A stretch of DNA of 32,000 nt from Candidatus Nitrosopumilus koreensis AR1. GTDB lineage: Archaea > Thermoproteota > Nitrososphaeria > Nitrososphaerales > Nitrosopumilaceae. A program made the translations under genes and the position numbers. The notes below the pieces were generated by a model. The model was not told where the DNA came from. It did not search any database and saw nothing but the letters and a program-made list of their open reading frames with translations. Position 1 is the stretch's first letter. Every line of letters starts with the position of its first letter. The stretch is from contig NC_018655.1 of NCBI RefSeq assembly GCF_000299365.1, positions 30,001-62,000 on the forward strand, given 5' to 3'. Shown piece after piece: positions 19,352 to 30,188 of this stretch.

Positions 19352-21226
19352 ATGGCTAAAGTAATAGGTATCGATTTAGGAACAAGTAACTCTGCTGCTG
19401 CAGTAATGATGGGTGGAAAACCAACAATTATTCCAGCAGCTGAAGGTCAAACTGCAGCCGGAAAAGCATTCCCATCAGTAGTAGCTTTCTCTAAAGATGG
19501 TGAACTTTTGGTTGGCGAACCTGCTCGTAGACAGGCAGTTACAAATCCGGATAATACCATAGTTGCAGCAAAAAGAAAAATGGGCTCTGATTATACTTTT
19601 AAAATTCAAGATAAGGAATACAAACCTCAACAAATCTCTTCATTTATTCTACAAAAAATAAAAAAAGATGCCGAAGCATTCATTGGCGAATCTGTTGAGA
19701 AAGCGGTTATTACAGTTCCCGCATATTTTGATGACAATCAACGTCAAGCAACAAAAGATGCAGGAACAATCGCAGGTCTTGATGTTGTTAGAATAATTAA
19801 TGAACCCACTGCTGCTTCTTTAGCATTTGGATTAGATAAAGCAAAAGAAGACATGAAGATACTTGTCTTTGATTTTGGTGGTGGAACATTAGATGTTACT
19901 ATCATGGAAATGGGAGGTGGTGTTTTTGAAGTAATGAGTACGTCTGGAGATACTCAATTAGGAGGAACTGATATGGATAAAGTTTTGATTGATTACATTG
20001 TTGATGAATTCAAGAAAAAAGAAGGGGTTGATCTTTCTCAAGATACAACTGCAATGACAAGAATAAGAGAAGCAGCAGAAAAAGCAAAAATTGAATTGTC
20101 TACTGTAATGGAAACTGAAGTTAATCTGCCATTTATTGCACATGATCCTTCATCAGGCGCAAAGAATCTTGAATTAAGATTAACTAGATCTAAACTCGAT
20201 GAATTAATTGGACCTATTGTTGATCGTTGTAAACCTTCTATACAAAAAGCACTTGAAGATGCAAAACTCTCAAGTTCTGATATTGACAAAATAGTAATGA
20301 TTGGTGGTCCAACAAGAATTCCACTAGTTAAAAAATTTGTCAGTGGAGTTATAGGAAAGGAAGTTGAATCAGGCGTTGATCCTATGGAGGCAGTAGCAAT
20401 GGGAGCTGCAATCCAAGCAGGAATTATTGCTGGTGATGTTACTAGTGACATTGTTCTGTTAGATGTAACTCCATTAACTTTAGGAATTGAAACGCTTGGA
20501 GGTGTTCGAGAACCATTAATTGAAAGAAATACTACTATTCCAACTTCAAAAAGTAAAGTGTTTACAACTGCAGCTGATAATCAAACAGCTGTCACTATTC
20601 ATGTTGTACAAGGTGAAAGACCTATGGCCACAGACAATGTCTCCTTAGGTAGCTTTAATCTTACTGATTTACCTCCTGCTCCAAGAGGCGTTCCTCAAAT
20701 TGAAGTAAAATTCGATATTGATGCTAATGGAATCATCAATGTAACCGCAAAAGATCTTGGAACTCAAAAGGAAGCAAAAATTACTATTGAAACAAAAACC
20801 AAATTGTCAGAAGAAGAGATTAAAAAATTAAAGGAAGACGCTGAAAAATTCTCTGAAGAAGACAAAAAGAAGAAAGAGAAAATTGATCTTAAAAATGAAG
20901 CAGAAAGTTACATCTACACAACTGAAAAATTAGTTAATCATGATCTAAAAGATAAAATTTCTCAAGAGCAAGGAATCAAAATTACTGATGCTGTTAAAGA
21001 AGTAAAAGAATTTTTAGACAAAGAACCTAAAGAATTAAAACCAAAACTTGAAGCATTACAATCTTTAGTAAATGAAGTAACTACAGAACTATACAAGAAC
21101 GCTGCCCCCCCACCTGGTGCAGATGGACAACAAGGTGCAGATGGACAACAAGGTGCAGATGGACAACAAGGTGCAGATGGACAAACTACAGAATCATCTT
21201 CAAATGATGAAACAAAATCTAGTTAA
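19352..21226 (+). CDS. dnaK: Molecular chaperone DnaK (Hsp70)
   Basis: 624 aa; [50 protein letters not shown]. Confidence 0.99.
   Translation: MAKVIGIDLGTSNSAAAVMMGGKPTIIPAAEGQTAAGKAFPSVVAFSKDGELLVGEPARRQAVTNPDNTIVAAKRKMGSDYTFKIQDKEYKPQQISSFILQKIKKDAEAFIGESVEKAVITVPAYFDDNQRQATKDAGTIAGLDVVRIINEPTAASLAFGLDKAKEDMKILVFDFGGGTLDVTIMEMGGGVFEVMSTSGDTQLGGTDMDKVLIDYIVDEFKKKEGVDLSQDTTAMTRIREAAEKAKIELSTVMETEVNLPFIAHDPSSGAKNLELRLTRSKLDELIGPIVDRCKPSIQKALEDAKLSSSDIDKIVMIGGPTRIPLVKKFVSGVIGKEVESGVDPMEAVAMGAAIQAGIIAGDVTSDIVLLDVTPLTLGIETLGGVREPLIERNTTIPTSKSKVFTTAADNQTAVTIHVVQGERPMATDNVSLGSFNLTDLPPAPRGVPQIEVKFDIDANGIINVTAKDLGTQKEAKITIETKTKLSEEEIKKLKEDAEKFSEEDKKKKEKIDLKNEAESYIYTTEKLVNHDLKDKISQEQGIKITDAVKEVKEFLDKEPKELKPKLEALQSLVNEVTTELYKNAAPPPGADGQQGADGQQGADGQQGADGQTTESSSNDETKSS
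21116..21186 (+). repeat. In-frame 18-bp tandem repeat (GGTGCAGATGGACAACAA, 3 full copies plus a partial) encoding GADGQQ
   Basis: Direct reading of 21116-21133, 21134-21151, 21152-21169 and the partial 21170-21186; translates to [24 protein letters not shown] near the DnaK C-terminus. Confidence 0.95.
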
Positions 21227-21275
21227 TTCTCTAAATTCAACCATTTATACAGCAATTAGAATAAAGGAATGATTC

Positions 21276-22361
21276 ATGTCTGCAAAACGAGATTATTATG
21301 AAGTTTTAGGAGTATCTAAATCATCTTCAAATGATGAAATCAAAAAACAATATAGGAAATTAGCATTAAAATTCCATCCTGATCGAAATCAATCTGCTGA
21401 AGCTGCAGAGCATTTTAAAGAAATTTCTGAAGCATATGCAGTTCTTTCTGATACTGAGAAAAGGCAACTTTATGATCAACATGGTCATGCAGGTGTAGAT
21501 GGAAGATATTCGAGCGAAGATATTTTTCAGGGTGCAAGAGGTGATTTCAGCGATATATTTGGTCGTGGAGGCGGCGGATTTGATTCCATTTTCGAATCAA
21601 TATTTGGTCGTGGAGGCGGCGGATTTGGATTTGGTCAAGAAAGGGGTTCTGACATTCTCTATCAAACATCAATAACATTAGAAGATGTTTTACATGGCAA
21701 ACAAATGGAAATTGAGCTACAAAAACAAATTCAATGTGATACATGTAGTGGTTCAGGATGTAAACCTGGAACTGATAAAAAAACATGTTCTTCATGTAAT
21801 GGACAAGGTCAAGTAAGACAAACACGAAATATGGGATTTGCATCATTTGTTACTGCAGCGCCATGTTCTTCATGTAGAGGGCAAGGCTCAATTATTGAAA
21901 CACCATGTGGTGATTGTAAAGGCCAGGGAAAGAAAAAAGGTACAAAAAAAGTTACGTTTGATATTCCACCTGGAATTGATTCAGGCGATTATACTGTACC
22001 AAATGAAGGAAATGAAGTGCCTGGAGGTTCTAATGGTGATCTGATTGTTAGAATTAGAGTACAACCTCATTCACAATTCAACCGAGATGGAAAAGATATT
22101 TTCTATGATCAAGATGTTTCTATGGTTGATGCAGCATTAGGGTGTGAAGTTACTGTTCCAACTTTAGAGGGAACTGAAAAAATTAAAGTTGATTCTGGAA
22201 GCCAACCAAACACAATTATCAAATTAAAAGGAAAGGGCGTACCTCACATCAATTCTAGGGGTAGAGGAGACCAGTATGTTAGAATTGTAGTAAACATTCC
22301 TCAAAAACTTACCAAACATCAAAAAAATCTTCTTGATGAATTTAAACAAACTAGTGATTAA
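21276..22361 (+). CDS. dnaJ: Chaperone protein DnaJ (type I, with zinc-finger domain)
   Basis: 361 aa; [38 protein letters not shown] motif, G/F-rich region, four CXXC motifs (CDTCSG, CSSCNG, CSSCRG, CGDCKG). Confidence 0.98.
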   Translation: MSAKRDYYEVLGVSKSSSNDEIKKQYRKLALKFHPDRNQSAEAAEHFKEISEAYAVLSDTEKRQLYDQHGHAGVDGRYSSEDIFQGARGDFSDIFGRGGGGFDSIFESIFGRGGGGFGFGQERGSDILYQTSITLEDVLHGKQMEIELQKQIQCDTCSGSGCKPGTDKKTCSSCNGQGQVRQTRNMGFASFVTAAPCSSCRGQGSIIETPCGDCKGQGKKKGTKKVTFDIPPGIDSGDYTVPNEGNEVPGGSNGDLIVRIRVQPHSQFNRDGKDIFYDQDVSMVDAALGCEVTVPTLEGTEKIKVDSGSQPNTIIKLKGKGVPHINSRGRGDQYVRIVVNIPQKLTKHQKNLLDEFKQTSD

Positions 22362-22367
22362 CTGACT

Positions 22368-22901
22368 ATGAAGATTGCATTAGATGTTGATGGTGTACTT
22401 GCTGATGTAATTCAATTGTGGTTAAATTATAGTAATTCAATCAGGCCAGAAATTCAGAAGCATGATATTACTGATTGGGATTTTTGGAAAAAATTTGAAA
22501 TTAATCGCTATGACTTTTATGCTGAATTGAGTTCGTGTTGGAAAAATTGGATCTCAATCCCGCCCACCGAAGAAAATTTAGCATCCATCACAAAAAATCT
22601 CTCTGATCTTGGTCAGGTGGATGTTGTTACTGCAAGAGAACGTTCTACTGATTCTTTTGTAAAGAACTGGCTAAAACACCACAAAATTTCTTTTGATAAT
22701 TATGTTTCAGTAATTGATGGTCCTATGAAGGCTGATTTGGATTATGATGTTTTTATTGATGATTCACCATTAAATGCACAAAAATTTCTACAAAATAAGA
22801 AAAAGGTAATTCTATACTCTCAACCATGGAACCAACATGTTGTTGGAAATAATGTTCATAGAATTTCAAGTCTTTCTGAAGCAATTAAAAAATTAAGTTA
22901 A
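22368..22901 (+). CDS. HAD-like 5'(3')-deoxyribonucleotidase-type phosphatase
   Basis: 177 aa; KIALDVDGVLADVIQLWLNY motif I, VVTARER motif II, DYDVFIDDSPLNA motif IV. Confidence 0.75.
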   Translation: MKIALDVDGVLADVIQLWLNYSNSIRPEIQKHDITDWDFWKKFEINRYDFYAELSSCWKNWISIPPTEENLASITKNLSDLGQVDVVTARERSTDSFVKNWLKHHKISFDNYVSVIDGPMKADLDYDVFIDDSPLNAQKFLQNKKKVILYSQPWNQHVVGNNVHRISSLSEAIKKLS

Positions 22902-23062
22902 TCTTTTACAAATTTTTTAATATTTACTTGATGTCCTTTTCTTACATGAGTTGAATGAGTTGTCTTTAACAACTCTGAAATTTTATCATCATCGTAAAAT
23001 TTAATGTTATAACGTCCTAGCACTTTTTTACAATTCATACAATAAACTTCTTTAAATTCCAT
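22898..23062 (-). CDS. Small conserved-looking protein (54 aa) with one N-terminal CxxC, not in supplied ORF track
   Basis: Minus frame from ATG 23062 gives MEFKEVYCMNCKKVLGRYNIKFYDDDKISELLKTTHSTHVRKGHQVNIKKFVKD*. The CMNC motif and gap-filling position between two well-supported features support it. Confidence 0.6.
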   Translation of the reverse strand: MEFKEVYCMNCKKVLGRYNIKFYDDDKISELLKTTHSTHVRKGHQVNIKKFVKD

Positions 23063-23131
23063 TTTGAATTGATAGCTGTTGTACTTTCAGTATAATAAAG
23101 AAACTTATTCTAGATTTCAAAAATTTATAGT

Positions 23132-23216
23132 GCGGGAGTCGCCCAGCCTGGTCAACGGCGTAAGGTTCAGATCCTTATCTTCTAGGAGTTCGTGGGTTCA
23201 AATCCCACTTCCCGCA
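23132..23216 (+). tRNA. tRNA-Leu (anticodon CAG), class II with long variable arm
   Basis: GCGGGAGTCGCCCAGCCTGGTCAACGGCGTAAGGTTCAGATCCTTATCTTCTAGGAGTTCGTGGGTTCAAATCCCACTTCCCGCA; anticodon stem TAAGG/CCTTA with loop TTCAGAT; T-arm GTGGGTTCAAATCCCAC. Confidence 0.94.
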
Positions 23217-23220
23217 TAAT

Positions 23221-25125
23221 TCAGTTATTTTCTAATTTATTTTTGATATTTTTCAAAAGAAGTTTATTGATTGTTTCACCAGGTGCTTTACCTCTTAATT
23301 CTTTCATAGCAATTCCCATTAGAGGTCCAATCGCTCTTTCTTTTTGATTTTTTACAATTTCTTGGTTGTTTTCAACAATTTGATGACATATGTCCTCTAA
23401 TTCTGATTCATCTACAGTCTCAATTGAGGCGTAATTCATTGCATCTTCTATTGTCTGAGATTTTCCATTCATAATATTTTCGAAAATAATTTCAACTGAT
23501 TCTTTAGTGATTTTTCCTTCTTCCAAAAATTGAAATGTTTTTGTGATTTCTTTATTTTTTAGTAATTTTGAATCTAACCCATTTCTCTCTAAATTTGTTA
23601 TAGTTGAACATAATACTGATGCGACAAACGTGGGATTTACATTGGTTTTCTTAATTATATTTTCAAATAATTCAAAATAGTTTGAATCAAAAAGCTGTTC
23701 CGACAATTGGAGATTTAGTTGGTATTTTGTTTCTAGTTCTTTAATTGAGTCATCCCATGATTTGGGAATGTCCTTTATTGCGTTGTCTAGATCTTTTTTT
23801 GAAATTATTATTGGCGGAATATCTGTTTCTGGATACATTCTTGCTGCACCGGGTCTTGGTCTTAGAAATTTAGTCTCTCCGCTTTGAGTTGCTAATCGCG
23901 TATCAATTGGGATTCCTTCCTTTTTGATGTATTCAATCCTCAAAATTATCTGGTCTATGACCTGATTCATTTTTTCTTCTGGTGCTGCCAAAATTAAAAA
24001 TCCATCATTGTCATTGATTTCTAAAGTTTTTTTCAAATCCTCAATATCTTCATTTTCAATACCATAATTTGGTAATTCATCAGAATGAAAAACACCTCCT
24101 ATTCCAAAAAATCTGACTAGTTCTGCTATTTCTTTTCCCAATCTAATTCCCTCATGTGGTGTATATCCAAACATGCCTGACATATTTCTAAATGAAATCC
24201 CAAAAATTTTCTGATTTTTCTTTATGGCGTTTTGAACAATTTTTGATTTACATTTTTTAAATAACTCTGTGATATCTTTTCTATCTTTTTTATTGTGAGC
24301 CCAATCAATATTCTGTATTTTTTTTGAGATTTTTAACAATCCATGCTGCCTTTTAGCCTCATATTCTACTACTTTTTCTAACTGATCAAGTTGCTGAACT
24401 CCTTTAACTTCAATTACAACACTTCCATCTTGAATTGAAATATTAACATCTTGTCGAATTGAACCTAATCCTCTTTTTACCTTTTTGGTACTTCTTAAAA
24501 TTCTCCCTAATGTTAATGCGATTTTTTTAATTTCATATGGTTTTACTTCAAATGGTTCAGTGGCAATTTCAACCAAAGGTATTCCTAAGCGTTCTAAACC
24601 GTATTTCTTTATTGAACCATCTTCTCCCAAAATCTTTGCAGCATCTTCTTCAAGACAAATAGACTGAATTCCAATTTCTTTGCCGTCTACGTTAAAAGAA
24701 CCTCCTTGGGAAATTAGCATTGTACGTTGAAATCCTGTTGTATTTGAACCGTCTACAACTGTTTTTCTCATTGGATATATCTCTCTAAATATATTTGATT
24801 TTAGAGCTGATGCAATAACCAAAGAAATCTTCTTTGCATCCTCATCTAACTCGTGTGGTGGTTCTTCATCTTGCTCAACCAGACAGCTGCTTTCTGGGTT
24901 TGCAAAATACATTATGGTTTTTGATTTTGATTTTTCAAATAATGCCGCTGGGTCATATTCTCCTAATTCACTTTTAGCAGCACGTAATTTTCTTTGAAAT
25001 TTAATAGAATATTCATCTGTATCGACAGGTGTACAATTACAAAATAATTTCTTATTTGTATCTAGTTGTTGATGAATCTCAAGTCCTACCTTTACTCCTA
25101 ATCCATCTATTAAAAATTCTGACAT
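23221..25125 (-). CDS. gatE: Glu-tRNA(Gln) amidotransferase subunit E
   Basis: 634 aa; LGVKVGLEIHQQLDT, LFCNCTPV, GSIRQDVNISI, and a C-terminal GatB/Yqey-like domain; partner gatD adjacent. Confidence 0.97.
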   Translation of the reverse strand: MSEFLIDGLGVKVGLEIHQQLDTNKKLFCNCTPVDTDEYSIKFQRKLRAAKSELGEYDPAALFEKSKSKTIMYFANPESSCLVEQDEEPPHELDEDAKKISLVIASALKSNIFREIYPMRKTVVDGSNTTGFQRTMLISQGGSFNVDGKEIGIQSICLEEDAAKILGEDGSIKKYGLERLGIPLVEIATEPFEVKPYEIKKIALTLGRILRSTKKVKRGLGSIRQDVNISIQDGSVVIEVKGVQQLDQLEKVVEYEAKRQHGLLKISKKIQNIDWAHNKKDRKDITELFKKCKSKIVQNAIKKNQKIFGISFRNMSGMFGYTPHEGIRLGKEIAELVRFFGIGGVFHSDELPNYGIENEDIEDLKKTLEINDNDGFLILAAPEEKMNQVIDQIILRIEYIKKEGIPIDTRLATQSGETKFLRPRPGAARMYPETDIPPIIISKKDLDNAIKDIPKSWDDSIKELETKYQLNLQLSEQLFDSNYFELFENIIKKTNVNPTFVASVLCSTITNLERNGLDSKLLKNKEITKTFQFLEEGKITKESVEIIFENIMNGKSQTIEDAMNYASIETVDESELEDICHQIVENNQEIVKNQKERAIGPLMGIAMKELRGKAPGETINKLLLKNIKNKLENN

Positions 25126-25133
25126 TTCTTCTC

Positions 25134-26423
25134 CTAGATTGACATTTCAGATGCAATATTGTCAAGCATAATTTCTTTTACATCTTCAATATTCTGAGTA
25201 TTCCCAAGGGCCCACATTGCTTTTACTAGTGCTACCTCTGAAATCATATTTTCTAGAGGAACTATGCCTAAATTTAGGAGATCTCTTCCACTTTCATACA
25301 CAGTCATTCTTACTCTTCCATCAATACACTGTGATGTCATGCCTAGAAACATCCCTTTTTCATTGGCTTTTTTTATGGAATCATACGTGACTCTTCCAAC
25401 ATGTCCTAACCCTGTTCCTTCAAAGATTATTCCCTTGTATCCCCTATCAATAATATGTTCAATTAATTCTGGATCATATCCAGGATAATACTTTACCAAA
25501 GCAATTTTTGTATCTAGGTTAATTTTTGGTTGAAATTCTTGAGTCTTGTAGAATTCTTTAGACATATTTTTTTGAATTTTTTCTTCTGCAATTATGAACG
25601 CAGGATCGTCCCCTACTGTTTGAAATGCTCCTCGTTTACTTGTATGATTTTTTCTAACTCTTGTTCCAATATGGCATGCAACAGTATTATCATTTTCATC
25701 ATTATGCATCACAATGTATACTCCTTTTGCTTTACTTTTTGTAATGAATTTTGTTGCTCCAATCAAATTTAATGCTGCATCAGATGATGCTCTGTCTGAA
25801 GATCTTTGTGAGCCAACTAAAACAATTGGAATTGGAAATCCTGCTAATGCAAATGAAAGAAATGATGATGTATAATGCATTGTATCAGTTCCATGAGCAA
25901 CAATGATTCCTAAATAATCTGAATTTGAATAACTACTAATTTTTTTTGCAATATCTAACCAGTTTTCTGGCATTATGTTTTCAGAATATTCTGATAACAA
26001 AACTTCCGCATCAATATTTGCAATTTTAGAAAGTTCAGGAACTGATGAATTCAATTCTTCAGCAGTTAACACTGGAGTAACTGCTCCTGTTCTATAGTCA
26101 ACTTTACTTGCAATTGTTCCTCCAGTTGAAAGTAGCAATATTTTTGGTAATCCTTCTATTTTGTTTATTTTTTCAGACTCATCAACAATTTTTTCTGAAG
26201 ATTGGATTTTCTCAACTCTCTTAATTTTTACAATCTCTAATCCGACATTATATCCACTCTTTAATTTCAAAACAATGTGTTTGTCATCGCTGTGCTCATA
26301 TCTGGGCATAATTATGCCTGAATACGTGATGTCTGAGAGAATTTTTACTGAATCGCCAACTATCACTTGATTATTCTTTAGAAATTCTAATGAATCTCCT
26401 TCATATCCCCTATATTCTGACAT
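25134..26423 (-). CDS. gatD: Glu-tRNA(Gln) amidotransferase subunit D
   Basis: 429 aa; LLLSTGGTIASKVDYRTGAVTP, IVAHGTDTMHYT, VLVGSQRSSDRASSDAALNL asparaginase-family motifs. Confidence 0.97.
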   Translation of the reverse strand: MSEYRGYEGDSLEFLKNNQVIVGDSVKILSDITYSGIIMPRYEHSDDKHIVLKLKSGYNVGLEIVKIKRVEKIQSSEKIVDESEKINKIEGLPKILLLSTGGTIASKVDYRTGAVTPVLTAEELNSSVPELSKIANIDAEVLLSEYSENIMPENWLDIAKKISSYSNSDYLGIIVAHGTDTMHYTSSFLSFALAGFPIPIVLVGSQRSSDRASSDAALNLIGATKFITKSKAKGVYIVMHNDENDNTVACHIGTRVRKNHTSKRGAFQTVGDDPAFIIAEEKIQKNMSKEFYKTQEFQPKINLDTKIALVKYYPGYDPELIEHIIDRGYKGIIFEGTGLGHVGRVTYDSIKKANEKGMFLGMTSQCIDGRVRMTVYESGRDLLNLGIVPLENMISEVALVKAMWALGNTQNIEDVKEIMLDNIASEMSI

Positions 26424-26445
26424 TTACGAGAATTAGATTTGCTAT

Positions 26446-27849
26446 TTAATTAAAACTAGCTATCTCTTCATTTTTCTTATTTTTGGACACAAAAAATCTA
26501 TTCCAACAATAATATAATGCACGTTCATACGTATTTGGAATTCTTTTGTATTTTATATGGCAACCAATATCTACTAAACTCCAATGAGCTTTTTTTGGAC
26601 CTAACAATAACCATTTTAGTAATCTTAAATCAAGTGACATCTGCAAATATTTTTCAAATTTTGAAATATCTTTTTCATTCATTATTAGTTGGGTTCCATC
26701 TCCGTTACATGGTATTGCAATAGCTATGGGTTCATCATCTTTTTTGTTATTATTTACATCTAGTCGTAAAATAATTGTAGTATCTGATGTCCAGCCAATT
26801 TTTTTTCTAACCAATTCAAAATTTTCATAAGCTTTTGGAATTAATTCTAACAATTCAGACATTTCTGGAATTTCTTCTTTTTCATAATCAAATGATTTGT
26901 TCAAAAAATTATTTTTTACATAATTTTGTTTTTCTTTAAGGTTTATTGGTTCATATTCTTTTGAAATTTGATTTTTACTGATATCAAAAAATTCATTATG
27001 ATTTAAGATTATTCCTTTATGTTTTTCTTTTGGGATGTTTTGCTTTAACCATTCAAAAGCATACTCTAATTCTGGTTCTCCTCTAAATTGATTTAATTCA
27101 TTAAATCTCCCTGTTAGAGTATATCTTCCTGCAAATGGAATATAAAATTTAGGTTCAAATAAATTAATGAAATCTTTTGTAGTCTCTAATTTTTGTTCTT
27201 GTTTCTTTTTTGATTCGATTATTTTGTCTTTGGTTTCAAGCTCAAATGTTTGTGGGTAGGATGATGCCTTAACATATCCTACTAACAATACATCAATTTT
27301 TGGATAGAGTGTTTTTACTAATTTTGCTGTATTTCTTGCAATTTGGAATGGACAATCATTAGTATTAACAATCACCTCTTTTTCATTATCGATAACTGAC
27401 ATTGTATCAATTTGTGTGGTGCCAAATTTTGCTTCTAATAGTCCACAACCCATTAATTTTCCACAAATGTTTGGATCACAATTATCTGCTGCAAGAATAT
27501 TTATGAAAACATTATTTTTTAATCTAATTCTAATATTATGTTCAAGTTCAATTACTTTGAATCCCAATTCTTCAATTTTGAATTTCAACGATTTCTCAGG
27601 AAAATTGTGAATTATGATTGGAATTTTCTTGTCAAGATTTTGTAGAGTTTGTTTGCTACAATGATCCGGATGTATATGACTTATGTAAATAAAATCTATA
27701 TCTTCAAACATCTCTGATTTGAATTCATATGGTGGGTAAATTCCCCATGAACCAAAATATTCTTCTCCGATTAACCATGGATCGCAAAGAATTTTGACAT
27801 TCTCATCTTCTATCAGAACAGATGCAGAATTTAAAGAAGTAATTTTCAT
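26446..27849 (-). CDS. MBL-fold (UlaG-like) metallo-hydrolase with C-terminal extension
   Basis: 467 aa; NSASVLIEDENVKILCDPWLIG, YISHIHPDHCS (HxHxDH), then an extended C-terminal region. Confidence 0.75.
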   Translation of the reverse strand: MKITSLNSASVLIEDENVKILCDPWLIGEEYFGSWGIYPPYEFKSEMFEDIDFIYISHIHPDHCSKQTLQNLDKKIPIIIHNFPEKSLKFKIEELGFKVIELEHNIRIRLKNNVFINILAADNCDPNICGKLMGCGLLEAKFGTTQIDTMSVIDNEKEVIVNTNDCPFQIARNTAKLVKTLYPKIDVLLVGYVKASSYPQTFELETKDKIIESKKKQEQKLETTKDFINLFEPKFYIPFAGRYTLTGRFNELNQFRGEPELEYAFEWLKQNIPKEKHKGIILNHNEFFDISKNQISKEYEPINLKEKQNYVKNNFLNKSFDYEKEEIPEMSELLELIPKAYENFELVRKKIGWTSDTTIILRLDVNNNKKDDEPIAIAIPCNGDGTQLIMNEKDISKFEKYLQMSLDLRLLKWLLLGPKKAHWSLVDIGCHIKYKRIPNTYERALYYCWNRFFVSKNKKNEEIASFN

Positions 27850-27914
27850 TATTTTTATCTATTCAACCCAGATATTTTTTAAAAATATCTGTTATTATCA
27901 TGCGATTTCTAGTT

Positions 27915-30089
27915 TTATCTATAATATGATGCTACTAGTTTTTCTCCCATCTTAAGGTCTTTTTGTTCTCTTACTTTCTTTACTGCTTCCTCAAAATGTT
28001 TCATAGTGACTTTGGCCTCAATACTGTTCTTTTCAACATCTTTTACATCTGGGTGTTTGTCTAAGTATTCGTGAATAACTAGTGATACTGCTGTGTTTGC
28101 AATAGATGCGGCATCTGCTCCACTCATTCCATCAGTAATTTCGGCAATCTTTTCTAGATCAACATCCTCTCCCATAGGAATTTTTTCAGCATTAATTTCC
28201 AGAATACGTTTTCTACTATCTTTATCTGGATTTGGTACTTGAATAATTTTGTCAAATCTGCCTGGTCTTAACAATGCTGGATCAATCATATCTGCTCTGT
28301 TTGTTGCAGCTAGCACAACGACTCCGTGCATGTTTTCCATTCCATCTAACTCTGTAAGTAATTGACTGACAACTCTTTCGGTGACTGCAGTTTCTCCTCC
28401 TGCTCCTCTAATTGGTGCAATTGAATCAATCTCATCAAAGAAAACTACACATGGTGCAGATTGTCTTGCTCTTTTGAAAATTTCTCTAATTCCTCTTTCA
28501 GATTCACCTACCCATTTGGATAACAATTCAGGACCTCTAACTGAAACAAAGTTTGCTTCACTTTGAGTTGCAACGGCTTTTGCAAGCAATGTTTTACCTG
28601 TACCACTTGGACCGTGAAGTAGTATTCCTCTTGGCATATTATGTCCTAACTTATCATATAGTGCTGGATATTTCATTGGCCATTCAACTGCTTCTTGCAA
28701 TTCACGTTTTACGTCTTCTAAACCACCAACTTCGTCCCATTTCACATCTGGATTTTCAATGAAAACTTCTCTCATTCCAGATGGAGTAACTTCAATCAAT
28801 GCCTTCTGGAAATCTTCATGGTTTACAATTAATTTATCCAAAGTTTCAGGGGGAATTTTTTCTTCTTCAAGATTTAGAATAGGTAATAATCTTCTCAAAC
28901 ACTTCATTGCAGCTTCTTTACATAGATATTCCAAGTCTGCTCCAACATACCCATGACTAACTGCTGATATCTTATCTATATTAACATCATCAGATAACGG
29001 CATATTTCTGCTGTGAATTGCAAGAATGTCTTTTCTTCCTTTTTTATCGGGAACTTTAATCTCAATTTCTCTATCAAATCTGCCTGGTCTTCTAAGTGCA
29101 GGATCAATTGCGTTTGGTCGATTTGTTGCGGAAATTACAATTACTTTACCTCTTGCTTCTAAACCATCCATTAATGATAACATTTGAGAAACAACTCTTC
29201 TCTCAACTTCTCCAGTAACCTCTTCTCTCTTTGGTGCAATAGAGTCTATTTCATCAACAAAGATAATTGAAGGAGCTTTTTCTCTTGCTTCTTTGAAAAT
29301 TTCTCTTAACCTAGCTTCACTTTCACCATAAAATTTACTCATAATTTCTGGACCTGAAATACTGATAAAGTGAGCATTACTTTCATTTGCAACAGCTTTT
29401 GCAAGCAATGTTTTACCTGTTCCTGGTGGGCCATACAACAAAACACCCTTTGGAGCTTCAATTCCTAACTTTTCAAAGATTTCAGGATGTCTTAACGGAA
29501 GTTCAATCATCTCCCTTACTTTCTTTATCTCGTCAGTTAAGCCTCCAATGTCTTCATAAGTTACTTGTGGAACTCCACGTAATGTTTCTCCTTTTTCTGC
29601 AATATGGAAAACAGTCTTTTGAGTAATCAAAACTGCATCCGCAGCCGGTGTAACTCCAATTACTTGAAAAGTTAAACGTCCACCAAAATATGGAACCATT
29701 ACATTATCCCCTTTAATCAAAGGAACGCTTTCTAAAGCATCTGCAAGATATCTCTCATCAATTGGTGGAATTGCTTCTAATGGTGCAACTACAACCTTTT
29801 CTGCAGCAACTGCTTTGATTTTTCTAACTGAAATTGTATCCCCAATTGCAATTCCTGAATTATTTCTTCCAAGTCCATCGATTCTGATAATCCCCTTTCC
29901 TTCATCAGATGGATATAGTGGAAGACATTTTGCAACTGTTCTTCTTTTACCTTTAATTTCTATAACATCACCTGTGGAGGCATTTAATGTGTCCATAGAA
30001 TCATAATCAATTCTTGCTACTCCTCTTCCAACATCTCTAGTGTATGCCTCTAGAACTTTGAGAGAGAGTGCATTTTGGCTCATATACAA
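27915..30089 (-). CDS. CDC48/p97-family AAA+ ATPase with two AAA domains
   Basis: 724 aa; N-domain ([24 protein letters not shown]), D1 [18 protein letters not shown]2 [18 protein letters not shown]-terminus VASYYR. The start may be the second ATG at 30083. Confidence 0.97.
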   Translation of the reverse strand: MYMSQNALSLKVLEAYTRDVGRGVARIDYDSMDTLNASTGDVIEIKGKRRTVAKCLPLYPSDEGKGIIRIDGLGRNNSGIAIGDTISVRKIKAVAAEKVVVAPLEAIPPIDERYLADALESVPLIKGDNVMVPYFGGRLTFQVIGVTPAADAVLITQKTVFHIAEKGETLRGVPQVTYEDIGGLTDEIKKVREMIELPLRHPEIFEKLGIEAPKGVLLYGPPGTGKTLLAKAVANESNAHFISISGPEIMSKFYGESEARLREIFKEAREKAPSIIFVDEIDSIAPKREEVTGEVERRVVSQMLSLMDGLEARGKVIVISATNRPNAIDPALRRPGRFDREIEIKVPDKKGRKDILAIHSRNMPLSDDVNIDKISAVSHGYVGADLEYLCKEAAMKCLRRLLPILNLEEEKIPPETLDKLIVNHEDFQKALIEVTPSGMREVFIENPDVKWDEVGGLEDVKRELQEAVEWPMKYPALYDKLGHNMPRGILLHGPSGTGKTLLAKAVATQSEANFVSVRGPELLSKWVGESERGIREIFKRARQSAPCVVFFDEIDSIAPIRGAGGETAVTERVVSQLLTELDGMENMHGVVVLAATNRADMIDPALLRPGRFDKIIQVPNPDKDSRKRILEINAEKIPMGEDVDLEKIAEITDGMSGADAASIANTAVSLVIHEYLDKHPDVKDVEKNSIEAKVTMKHFEEAVKKVREQKDLKMGEKLVASYYR

Positions 30090-30188
30090 ATGCCCTCTGT
30101 CTAATTTTTATACCTTTGTGGTAATTTCTCTAAATGACAGGTAAAAATCACAAGCTTAAAATCCTCTTTACGTAGGAAACGATCAACT

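Noticed and set aside
20038-20451. 137-aa minus-strand ORF inside dnaK
   Set aside because: Mirror-strand ORF of a highly conserved gene; long shadow ORFs are expected here.
21116-21186. Possible CRISPR-like repeats
   Set aside because: Units are directly abutting, with no spacers, a multiple of 3 in length and in frame inside dnaK; this is a protein-coding tandem repeat.
21547-21846. 99-aa minus-strand ORF with IRRLHDQI repeats
   Set aside because: Its repeats are the antisense reading of the glycine-rich region of dnaJ.
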